Origin: Vitrella brassicaformis CCMP3155
Lineage: Eukaryota > Protista > Chromerida
Assembly: GCA_001179505.1 (NCBI GenBank)
Contig: CDMY01000306.1
Coordinates: 63,916 to 127,915, forward strand
Direction: 5' to 3'
Length of the DNA: 64,000 nucleotides
Shown here: positions 10,189 to 20,720 of the stretch, one piece after another
Numbering within the stretch: position 1 is the first letter of the stretch
How the letters are laid out: each line of letters opens with the position of its first letter
The notes under the pieces: generated by a model
What the model saw: the letters and a program-made list of their open reading frames with translations, nothing else
Databases searched by the model: none
Told to the model about the DNA's origin: nothing
Program-made: the position numbers and the translations under genes

Positions 10189-12040
10189 TCAGTGCACCAC
10201 CCACACCACACTCTGCCGGCACGTGAGACCCCCTCGATCACGCTGCGGTCCTCCTTCTCTCCGCCTCCCTCTCCACACCCTCATCTGACACATCCATGTC
10301 CATCCATCCATAAGGCACACATTGAATGCGTGTGTGTCACTCTGATCTGGCGCACCCTCCTCCTCCTCCTCCTCCTCCTCGTCGTCGTCGCCATTGCTAT
10401 CCATATCTGCACACACACACACACACACACACATCGCAGACATACGAATGAGCCCAACGACATACGCACACACACATCCCCACCTCTCACCCTCATCGCT
10501 AAGGCCGTCATCGTCACCATCATCGTCCGCGCCGTCCTCTGCACCACACACACACACACACACACCGATTTGTCCGACACACAGAGACGAGATGGCCGGC
10601 TACATACTCACCCTCATCGTCTTCCTCTTCTTCCTGTTGGCTGAGCGCCATGTCTGCGATGGCGATGCCCAGCAGGCCGCGCACCAGAGGGGCGGTAGTG
10701 GGCCGGCGGTCCTTGAGGTCATCAGATGCACCACCCACTGGTGGCTCAGCGGTGACGACACGGACGACCACTGCAGGCATCAACATAGCACACGTCAAAC
10801 AATATGGCTCAACAATCAGCAGAAGATCTGCTATCCCTTTCTTGCCTGTGTTCATGTCGACATAAACACGGCTGCCGAGACCGACCCATGCGACGAATGG
10901 CATGTCGAACGACGTCAGAAGCAGACACCGATGCTCTGCAGGGGGATCTTCATCGTCCCACCTCAACGCTACGACGGCTGTGCATCGGTCGGGCGGCTGG
11001 TGGGGCGAGTGGTCCAGGAGGCCGTCCAGCACACCACCGTGAGCATACCTAAAGAACCACACAGAGAGCAGATACTCATTCGGATGGATGTACTGTCGGT
11101 GTGTCCTGCGTACCGGTCCACGGGAACCCAAGGAGTTTGGCCCTCATTGACCGGTGGAGGGCCCCACATGATCATGTTCATGAAGAACGCCGACACCGAC
11201 GCAACAGTGGCCACCTCACTACCGGCCGTCCAGCTGTCCCCCTGCAGGTCGATTGAGGATCTGACAGGGGGGTTTGTCGTTGATGATGTGAGGGTGGTAT
11301 GGGTGGGTGGCGGGGAGGGGGGGGTTGATGGTCAGCTCGAAGTCCGGCTCGTCCTTGATAGCCCGCACACCGCCGCCCGGCTGGTCGAACAGCTCAAAAC
11401 GGCAGTAGTTGCCGCCGAAGTTGACGTGCCGACCGATCATCTTCCACATCGCCAGAACACGCGGCTCGGCCAAATACGCCTGCAACAACAGACACACCCT
11501 CTGAACCACCCATCCCTCCTCCCCTGTCCCCTCCGTCCCGCCCACCTGTTTGGTGGTGTGCCTCTGGATGTCCTGCACACTCATGGTGATGGGCAGAGTG
11601 CGGAAGCCGCACTGCAGCGCCAACTTCAGCGCGTTGGCCACCTCGGTCCACTGCTGCGTGTCCACCAGCCAGATGGCCTTCAGCAGCAGGTGGCGGTCCA
11701 GCTGAGTGTCAAATGCGATGATGGTGTGCAGTCCCTTGGCCACGAGGCAGCGATTGAGTCGGGTGCGGAGGACATATGGCGAGAAGTCGACTTCCCAGAG
11801 GAAATGCGCCGTGGCCCTGAGGCTGCCGACCTCAAACCGGCTGCACACACAATTGTACACGCAGACATCACACAGCTCCAAGTGTGCCTATGGGGCTCTC
11901 AGGTTGTCGCTTTCCTTGCTCGTGCAGTGCTTGTGCTTCGCATACGTGTGGAGGGCGTCCCTGTCGGCTTTGTGGAGGAAATCGAGTGACTCGTCATTGA
12001 TGGTGGCGCCACATCTGTCCGCAGTGTGGTTATTGCCCAT
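10189..12040 (-). pseudogene. Lineage-specific hypothetical protein (MGNNHT N-terminus, WLVDTQQWTEV family, acidic tail) with a +1 frameshift
   Basis: Exon 12040-11946 and exon from 11840 align to paralog 34182+. An extra base in the run at ~11267-11272 shifts the frame; homology resumes in ORF 10969-11214 and ORF 10520-11131. Could be an assembly error. Confidence 0.7.
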
Positions 12041-12102
12041 CTTCCGCCGACTCGCTAACGGATGAAATCAGTTACTCGGCTGTCACAGGGGCCTGTCTGC
12101 TG

Positions 12103-12227
12103 CGAACTCATCGCTGTCGTCCGCAGGCGACTCCGGCGGCTCCTCCGCGTTTCGCTTCTTCTTTCTTCGCAAACATCACGGAAACCCCCTTCGTCAGGTG
12201 TCGTGGCGATCCACTCACAGCTCGCAC
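12103..12227 (-). pseudogene. Isolated 5' fragment (upstream motif plus first ~20 codons, KKRNAEEPPESPADDSDEF) of a subfamily-B BTB-TLDc gene
   Basis: Near-identical to 18180-18298 and 42625-42734. A small insertion after ATG shifts the frame, and a stop follows after DEFAADRPL. Confidence 0.8.
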
Positions 12228-12283
12228 ACGAAAGCTTTGCAGTCGCACGACGTCGCACGCGACTTCCTCTCTTATAGTCCATT

Positions 12284-15022
12284 ATGATGTCTGAGATGAG
12301 TTCCACTACCATGGTCCTTCCCCTTCCGACGGACGGTGACAGTACCAGCCCGAGAGTCAGCCCCAGCAACTTTGACTCAAAGGAGCGGTCGCGGCCAGCC
12401 GACAATGGTGAGGGGCGGCGCCAATGTGCTCTCCGGCAGGACATGCACACCTTCTTCGGCCCCAACTGCGAGAACACAACCGGAACACAACCACGCGTGG
12501 ACCAAGGGAGGCCTCAAGAGCTCATCGCCGAGAAGGGCCGTGCTCTCAGCCAGGAGATTCAGAGCAGCGACTGCCTCCTGGACCTTGACCTTCCACAAGG
12601 GGAGGCGGCGAGCGTCCACGTCAACGATGATGCTTTCAGAAGGCCCAGCCACCATGCAATGTCACAGTCGACCTTCACTGAGGAGGGGGGGCCGGGGCCA
12701 CAAAGGGCCGAGGAGGTGGCCATCCAGGCGATGAAGACGGAGTTCGAGAAGGCTGCCGGTGAGCCAAATGAAGGGGCCGAAGGGTACACAGCACTAATTT
12801 GGTAACAGTACAAACCTGGTGAGTCCTCTGCTTGGCTGCACCGATGTCCAGGGTACCCGGCGGCCTTTGAGGAATTCGAATCGCACCTGGTCTATGAACA
12901 GAAAACCGTAGCGGATGACGGCGAGACAATTCACCTGCGGGAAGTGCTGGTCGGCACTCGGTTTACGCCTGAGCCATTCATGCGGTCATTGCGGCGAGTG
13001 GTGTGTTTGGTCCTGCTACAAGTGCTGTATGCCAGTGTCTTGGCGTTGTCAATGGTGAGCTATACTCTCTAGAAAGAAGACGGATGGAAGGGGTCCGATT
13101 CATCGCTTCTTGTACAACATGCACAGATACCCATGCCGCTCGCCCTTTGGCGCACCTGCGAATCTGAGGCAAAAGCATTACAGATCATGCTAGACTACGT
13201 CAGGACTTTTATTGGCTCCTCATCCATCATCGTATGGTACCTCGCGATGATTGAGGGACACCGCCTTGAGAGATTATTTCGCCGGCTCCAGAGAACGTGG
13301 CACCATTTCGTGCTGTTTCCAGGTGCATGCACACTCCTCCCCACACATCCATACACACACGAAGGAATGACGACCATGAATGGATGGATGGATGAATGGA
13401 TGGATGCACGACGAGTGCAGTATGCTATTTTGCATTCAACGCTTTGTACCTGGAGCATCGACTTCGGCCGTATGCCCTCATTTTTCTGTCGTGAGTGAGA
13501 CACGCAAGGAGGCACCTCGGGAGCATTGAGGCTGAAAACAAACGCATGTTTCCTGTCTCGTCACGTCTGTCACCTACAGACTGGGACACGTGGGCTTGGG
13601 GATCCTGACACCCCTTGGATTCTTCTGGCAAGCAACAAGAGACATGCCCAATGTGGTTAAGAGGCGATGGCTGTACGTACTGCAAATGATGTTCATCCTG
13701 AGTGTTTCGGTTGTGGGCCAATTTTTCTGGGTTGGCATATTCCTCCCGAGAGGTGAGAGGGCGGCGACAGACACCGCGAGGGCCCGAGTGGCGTTCACAT
13801 GTCTCCTGGCCTGTTGGCCGTTGGTGGCCGTGGTGAATGGGAGTATGCGAAAGATGAAAGATGGGCCGCCGCTCTACAATTACAGCGTCATTTACTACCT
13901 TGTACACGTCACATATACATAGAGAGAGAAAGATTTTCATGTCACGAAAGTGTGGTTGTCAGTGTCTCGGCTCGCTCGTCGTGCCTCGGCTCCTACAGGT
14001 CACGCAGCCGGATGACGTATGAGTGTGCATCAAGGTTTTTGTGCTGGTCTTTACCTTTCTATCCACCGCATGTTTTTGCAGGCGAAGATGGTGAATCTTA
14101 GCAGCAAAATTATATCGTCTTTCTTATTCGCCCTCTACGATCTTCTTGGCGATCTGGCGGTGCCCTATGCTGACATGCTCCACGCCAAGATCATCCGAAT
14201 ACTCAAGCGGACACGTGACAACCAATCAGCCAAGCCGGCACACAAGACAGGGGCCTTCAACGCGATCAAAGGCCGCTCGCAGCACGTTGCTGAGTCCCGG
14301 GCCGGCAGCAGCGAGACAATTAGTACCGGAGCATCCAAGAGCCGTGCGGCCAAAGGAGAGCCGCGGCGATCGTCGAGTGAGATCTATCAGAGTGTGATGC
14401 GGGCAGGCCGCATGCAGTCAAGATCAAGCGGGCTGTCATCCATGGCGTCCGTGGTCGATCTGCAGAGCAATTTCATGGCCTATGACGTCCGTCCGAGGTA
14501 CCTTCGTGCGTTGGCGGACCAAACCCATGCCTACAACCAAGCCGAAAGCGTGGTTCTCATATTCATCAATCTGTCGTTGATGTTGATGGAGCAGCTGCTG
14601 TCTCCCTCGCTGCCCCGGCTGTTCGAGAGGCTGGGCGGGCTGTGTCTCCTGGTCGCCATCGAGATGGCATGCGAAGTCGTCCTGTTTATGGTGGGTGCCA
14701 GTCCTGGCTAGTGAGAGGGAGACGGGAGAGAGACACAGGGGACATTCCACACAGTCTGCATCTCCCATTCGTGTGTGTATGCGTGTGTATCTTATGTGTC
14801 TAGGTGGCAGTGCGGCTGCACAACCTGCCTGTTTTGCGATGCGAGGATGAGCCTGGTGTAAAGAAATGCAGACTGTTCACCTTGTTTGCCGCGTGCACCC
14901 TCTTCGCATGTTCGTGTACACCCTACATCATCCTCTTTCTGCTTCGTGGCCTGCAGCCGACCGTCTATGGCGATATCCGTATGGTTGAATTGTGTCCCTA
15001 TATAGCCTACGAGAGCTTTTGA
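12284..15022 (+). CDS. Multi-pass (~11 TM) membrane protein of unknown function
   Basis: Eight exons join in frame (donor 12759, acceptor 12851, etc.) with hydrophobic segments such as VVCLVLLQVLYASVLALSM, WLYVLQMMFILSVSVVGQFFWVGIF and LGGLCLLVAIEMACEVVLFM; TGA at 15022. Confidence 0.75.
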
Positions 15023-15904
15023 CAGGAAAGATGGAGACGGATAGCTCGCCAGCTGAGGGGCATGGACGACGTTTTGGACGTGTGTCAGCGATTTAACGTG
15101 CGGTGAGCGAGGGAGATGTTGGCATCTGCTTTGAGTTTTGGCTTACATATGGCTGTCTGTAAGGAATCCAGCAATGCGTTGCATTACGCATTCATATTGG
15201 ATGCGTACACGGATGTCTGTCTTTTCGTCCGAGCGCACGCGTGATCGGGATGATTGATATGCCAAGTACACTCGCATTTACACACTTACTCGGAGAAATG
15301 ACGTGTGAACATGATTTGCGGTGAGTGAATCAATGGGATACAGCCGCCTCATTGCGTCAAGCCCTACAGCGACAGCGAGACATTCTCTCAAAATCCCTCT
15401 GCCTTAAATGTCAGGAAGTGAATGAGTTGTCTCCTCGCGGAAAATTCTGGCCGTCCGGCGCTCTGGCCGTGAAGCCTTCAGCGTTTTTCGGCAACACAGT
15501 CATGTACAGACATAGTATACATAAGCGGGAATTCTACAGAACCGCTCAATTTCAAATTGTTGTGGATCTGTTCATTGATGATATGAACGTGTGTGTATAC
15601 AGAGGTACATATATACATTATCGATGGATGGGCTCATGCGGTCATACATGTGTGTGCCCCAGTTGGACCGGATGAGGATGAGAGGGGGGCTGTGGCTGGT
15701 GCGTCAAGGAGTCCATGCATGGACGGATGGATGGATGGATGGACAGATGGCGATGGATACCTCACGTGTGTGGGTGTATAGATCAGCCATTGCATGCATG
15801 CATTGTTTGACATGCCACACCGTCCACAAATCAATGAGTCGAGGGGTGTATAATTGGATGGCTGTACATGGGTTGATGGCCAGACAGACAGACAGACATG
15901 CATG

Positions 15905-18300
15905 TCGTCATGACACGGCACGAACGGACGAATGAATGGGTCGTCAGCTCATGCACCGTAGACATGCAGAAAGATCCATACAGTCAGTCCGTCAAAGAAT
16001 GGCATGTGACAACTTTGAGAGAGCGGTTGGACCTCTGCTCTGCTCTGTGCGATCACCTCAACACATCCGCCACCTGAACCACACCCAACACAGACTAAGA
16101 AGAGAGAAGCGCCTCGCTATCAGCTGAACAGCGCCTCGCTGTTTTGTATACCTGCTGCGCCCGCTCGCATGGGGTCGTCGACGTCAAGTATGGTCAGCCA
16201 GTGGCAATCTGCACATCCATCCATCCAACCATCCAGCCACAGACACGCGGATCGACACTCACACAGATGAGTGTGCGGTGACGGCCACTCACCTGCCAGA
16301 TCTCCATCTCATCGCACGTGAAGGTCGCGGACTGCGCCAAAGTGCCGTCGCCGTTGTGATTGACCGTCCCCTTGTATCCCTCCGACAGCTCATCCCTCTT
16401 GATCCACTGATGGCAGCTGCTGAGGTCGGACGCAGGACCAGGCTGAGCGAAACCCAGCCAGAGATACCCGCGGGCGATGCTCACATTGCCGATCGGCTCG
16501 CCCTTGCTCGTCACTACCCCCTGTCTGCCGGCCACCTCCACCCAATGCCTGCCCCCCGGCAGTTCGATCTTGGTCGGCGTCTCGTACGCCCCCGACAGCG
16601 AAAAGAAGAAGACGGGCGCCTTGTATTTGTTGGTCTTGGTGGGGTCCTCGGGCGGATCGAGTGGGCCGTCGATGAAGCATCCGAATCGGTGTGTGTCGCC
16701 GTCTCGGAGGGCGAAGAGCAGGCCGCTCTTGCCGGCCACACACTCGAGCATCTTGGGGAACTCATACGTGTCACGACTGCCCCTGACAGACACACGTCAG
16801 ACACACACACACACACACACCCGGAGGCAGGTCTTTCAAGGCCCTCTCGCTGCTGTCTTTGTGTGTGAGGCTCGCTGACTTGTATAAGAGTGACGGCATT
16901 GGCGAGGTCTTGCCCGTCATGTTGAGCAGCTCCGCCATCTCGTCGTCGGTCTCGATGACGAAGCCGCCCCCCGCCACGCCGCTGAAGAAGGGCTCGTACT
17001 TCAGCCCATACATCTCGGTGTCCGTCCGAATCTGCTTGGCGTTGGGGGCCGTCGGCGGCCTCACCAAAGTGCCGAGCGGCGCGATGCGACGGCGACGGGC
17101 GAAGTCGATGGCCTTCATGAGATGGTCAGGGCGGATGGAACTCACAGGCGCACCACTGCAGACACAAGAGAAGGACACAGACATGACGATTGTGCCTCTC
17201 CCATCTGTTTGATGTTGTGTGACCCACCTGTGGAACGTCGTGTAGAGTCGTTTGTCGCGGCCAACACGCGCCAGTGTGGCCTCGGTGGTCGACACCGTCT
17301 CGCCCAGGACGCGCACACTCCTTATCTCATCGCCCTCCCCTCCCTGCCCCCCCTCAGTCGCCAGCAGCGGCTTGACAAGCTTGTGGAAGTTGAGCAGGCC
17401 CCGCTGCACCTCGCCCAGCCGCCCCACTGACGCATCCAGGCTTGCAGTGCTGCTGCTGAGGGCTGCCATGTGGTCGCTACCCCCCTGCTCCCCGTCCGCA
17501 TCATCGTCCTCCTCGCCATCCTGCTGCTGCTGCTGTTGGTTGTCCACCTCCATGTGGTCGTCATCGTCGCTGTGCGGGGCCGTGTCTGTGGGGATGTCGA
17601 GTCGAGGCCACTCTTGGAAGTGAAGAGGAGATGGTGCCAGAAGAGGGACGACACGTCGGTGTCGTGTGGAGGGGTCAGGAGGATCTCGTGGCTCTCGCCC
17701 TGCGCATCAGCCATGCCGACATTGGTAATCTCATCACGCAGCCTGACAAAGGCAAACAACAGCAGGCACTCTATGTGAGCTTGGTGTGCCTCCCTCCGCC
17801 TTTCTCTCTGCTGGTTGGCTGACCACTTCATGTAGATTTGGTCAGCGTCGAGGAATGGGCGGCCCTCTGTGTCCTTGGGCAGCCCATCCAGGTGGTGCAG
17901 CAGCAGATAGGCGATGATGCTCTCACTCACGCCGGGCAGCAGCAGCGGCTTGCGCGGCACACACAGCACCGTCCCGCCCACGTTGATCTCAATCTCCTCA
18001 CTCAACGGGCCCGTCACCCTCGGCTGCCCTCCGCTGCTCGTTATCAGGTCCTTGATCGTCTTGGCTTGCTGCCGCAGCTTCTTGCGCATCTGTTTGGCCG
18101 ACTGCTCGATGGCGGCGAGTGCCTCGTCGGCCTCCTTCAACAGCGCATCGACTGATGCCCTCCCGATGAAGGGGAGCGGCTCAAACTCATCGCTGTCGTC
18201 CGCAGGCGACTCCGGCGGCTCCTCCGCCTTGCGCTTCTTTGCAAACATCACGGAAACGGGCTTTTGTCGAGGGGCGCGGCGATCCACTCAAGCTCGCAAT
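15905..18300. repeat. ~2.4 kb segment directly duplicated at ~40340-42740 (subfamily-B TLDc gene plus 3' flank)
   Basis: Colinear similarity of exons, introns and flank (e.g. catacagtcagtc..caaagaatggcatgtgaca at ~15980 and ~40420). Confidence 0.88.
16194..18248 (-). pseudogene. BTB-BTB-TLDc protein, subfamily B copy 1, 1-bp deletion frameshift
   Basis: Starts MFAKKRKAEEPP; INVGGTVLCVPRKPLL BTB; TLDc exon ~16270-16785; terminal IATG* exon. GAC-TCG-AC versus paralog GAC-GTC-GAC at 17600/17601 breaks the frame. Confidence 0.8.
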
Positions 18301-18415
18301 CGGAAATCGCTGGGGGAGCCTGACACATTTCATATCCCAGCCGTTCATAGAGCGTTTTGCTTCTCCCGATCTGAGCCGTCTGATCCGAGCGTAGATCTCC
18401 CAATCCAAGACCTGC

Positions 18416-18544
18416 ATGGGTCCGTCTGGCCCGCCACCCAGCCCTTGTTGCAGCGTGCCGGCAGCAGCAGAAGAAGACACTGTCGTGATTGTGCGGACTC
18501 AGCTCGTCGGCGGCGTCCACCGCTCCACAAGGGGCATCAGCTAG
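18416..18544 (+). other. Candidate 42-codon upstream ORF (MGPSGPPPSPCCSVPAAAEEDTVVIVRTQLVGGVHRSTRGIS) before AdoMetDC
   Basis: ATG at 18416, TAG at 18542-18544, 72 bp before the AdoMetDC ATG; a conserved inverted copy lies at 33848-34012. Translation not shown. Confidence 0.35.
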
Positions 18545-18616
18545 CGGCACCACCAGCAGCAGCAAAGCGAGAAGAACGAAGGGATCTGTCCGTGTGTGAG
18601 GCGCGGCGTGGGTGTG

Positions 18617-19756
18617 ATGGGATCACTGAGTGGTGTGGATGATGTGGAGGGGTTTGAGGGCGCGGAGAAGGCGCTGGAGTTGGAGTTTGAAGTCGCTGAG
18701 GACGACGCACTCGGTCTCAGACGTGAGCACCATCACAGCACATGCACACGAAGAGAGAGAGTACGTGCAGCAGCATATGTCTGTGTTTCTCTCCCACAGG
18801 TTGGTCTCGTTCCGTGTGGGATCACCTGTTGTCGCTGGCGCGGTGCGCCATCCTGGATGTGACGTCCAACGAGGCCATGGACGCCTACATCCTCTCGGAA
18901 AGCTCCCTGTTCGTCTACCGCCACCAGCTCATCGTCAAGACATGTGGCCGCACCACACTGCTCGAGATGCTGCCAGACGTACTTGACACGGCCAAGAAAG
19001 ACGGTCGGTGCACCGACCACACACACACACACACACACGCTCGCAGAGAGAGAGAGAGAGAGATACGGTGTGGTTGGTTGGTTGGCAGGTCTGTCGGCGA
19101 TATTCATTCTGTATCGCCGTAAGAATCTGCTGTGGCCCGAGCAGCAGATCTGTCCGCACGGCGATCCCCACAAGGAGGAGGAGTTCATCAACCAGTTCTT
19201 CGACAACGGAGAGGGGTTCATCATCGGACCACCCAAGGGCGACCACTGGTGGGTGCGCCGCCCGACTGACTGCACACGTGGTGGTGGTGTGCATCTCTGT
19301 CTATGTGTGTGGTGTGGCGTGTGCAGGTACCTGTACATAGCGGACAACTCGCAGCCCCCCTACACAGAGGCCGAGCAGACCCTCGAGGTGCGTGACGTGA
19401 AGCAGCAGCGGACAACCAACACACAGAGACGCACACCAGTGGGCCCACGTGTGTGTGTGTGTGTGTGTGTGTAGATAATGATGCACGAGTGTGACAGCGA
19501 CGCGCTGCGGCCGTTCTTCAACCAGACGGGCGACAAGGACGCCAGACATGTCACGGAGACCACCGGCATTGCGGTCAGTGAGTGAGCCAGGGAGGGAGGA
19601 CAGCACTCCCTCCCACACACGTGTGTGTACCGATGTGTGTACATACAGGGGCTGCTGCCCGGTTCTCTGCTGCACGAGTATCTGTTCTCTCCGTGCGGCT
19701 ACTCGATGAACGGCATGCTGGGCAAATCCTACTGGACCATCCATGTCACCCCCGAG
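18617..19756 (+). CDS. AMD1: S-adenosylmethionine decarboxylase proenzyme (3'-partial)
   Basis: [11 protein letters not shown]-terminus, pyruvoyl cleavage site AYILSE|[24 protein letters not shown] and YWTIHVTPE motifs across seven exons; the sequence then enters the N gap. Confidence 0.95.
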
Positions 19757-19773
19757 GTAGGTGGCCCCAACCC

Positions 19774-20073
19774 NNNNNNNNNNNNNNNNNNNNNNNNNNN
19801 NNNNNNNNNNNNNNNNNNNNNNNNNNNNNNNNNNNNNNNNNNNNNNNNNNNNNNNNNNNNNNNNNNNNNNNNNNNNNNNNNNNNNNNNNNNNNNNNNNNN
19901 NNNNNNNNNNNNNNNNNNNNNNNNNNNNNNNNNNNNNNNNNNNNNNNNNNNNNNNNNNNNNNNNNNNNNNNNNNNNNNNNNNNNNNNNNNNNNNNNNNNN
20001 NNNNNNNNNNNNNNNNNNNNNNNNNNNNNNNNNNNNNNNNNNNNNNNNNNNNNNNNNNNNNNNNNNNNNNNNN
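19774..20073. other. Assembly gap (300 N) probably hiding the AdoMetDC 3' exons
   Basis: N run flanked by C and G runs; no recognisable AdoMetDC C-terminal exon after it. Confidence 0.9.
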
Positions 20074-20720
20074 GGGGGGGGGGGGGCGTGCGTGGGCTGC
20101 CTGGCTTGCTGTGTGTGTAAGGGGAGGGAATTGTGTGTGTGTGAGTGTGTGTGTGTGGTGTGTGTGTCTTGACGGACTGTCAAGTGAGTTGCCCATGGTG
20201 GGGTGGACCTGGTGCGTACGATAAGGGGCGGTTGTGTGTTGGGTTGGGCGCTGCTGGGCGTTTGTTGGATTTTTAGAGCTCGGTAGTTCCTACCGTGCTC
20301 TGCTCGTTGATGTGCATTGCATACCAATGCCTCCGTCACGGATACATCAACGTCAGACCCGATGGATGGATGGATGGATGGAGGGACGCTGTGCATTTTC
20401 GTGTTGACGTCAGTTGGTTGCGTCTCTGATCGATCAGGTCTGATTCAGTGCACTGAATGATTGCCCCTCCACGCTTGTCGTAGCCACAGGTCAAGATGGA
20501 CAGTTTCGACCGCGGCAGATCTAGACCTCATAAGGTGGACACGTATCCAGTCAGCCGCCCGACGCGCTCATGCATATCGCAGGGCAACGCAACGCCCGTC
20601 TCAGAACGCAGCAGCTGGATGTTTGCCTGTCCGCATGCCGACTGAGGCTCGGTCGGTATGACTGTACACTAGACACCAGCTGGCACTAGGCTATTCACAT
20701 ACCCGCACCTGTCTCCCCCC

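Larger units (their letters stand above)
6796..12040. repeat. ~5 kb segment duplicated in inverted orientation at ~34182-39403 (TLDc gene, non-coding spacer and convergent MGN-family gene)
   Basis: Colinear reverse-complement similarity of both genes, their introns and the spacer (9230-10220 vs 35870-36810). Confidence 0.88.

Noticed and set aside
10394-11989. 531-aa plus-strand ORF with a signal-peptide-like MAGYILTLIVFLFFLL segment (also echoed at 35089-35517)
   Set aside because: It is the antisense shadow of the minus-strand MGN gene; the hydrophobic stretch is the reverse complement of Glu/Asp codons.
15325-15675. 116-aa GTG-start ORF in lower-GC intergenic DNA
   Set aside because: No ATG start, splice structure, paralog or motif support.
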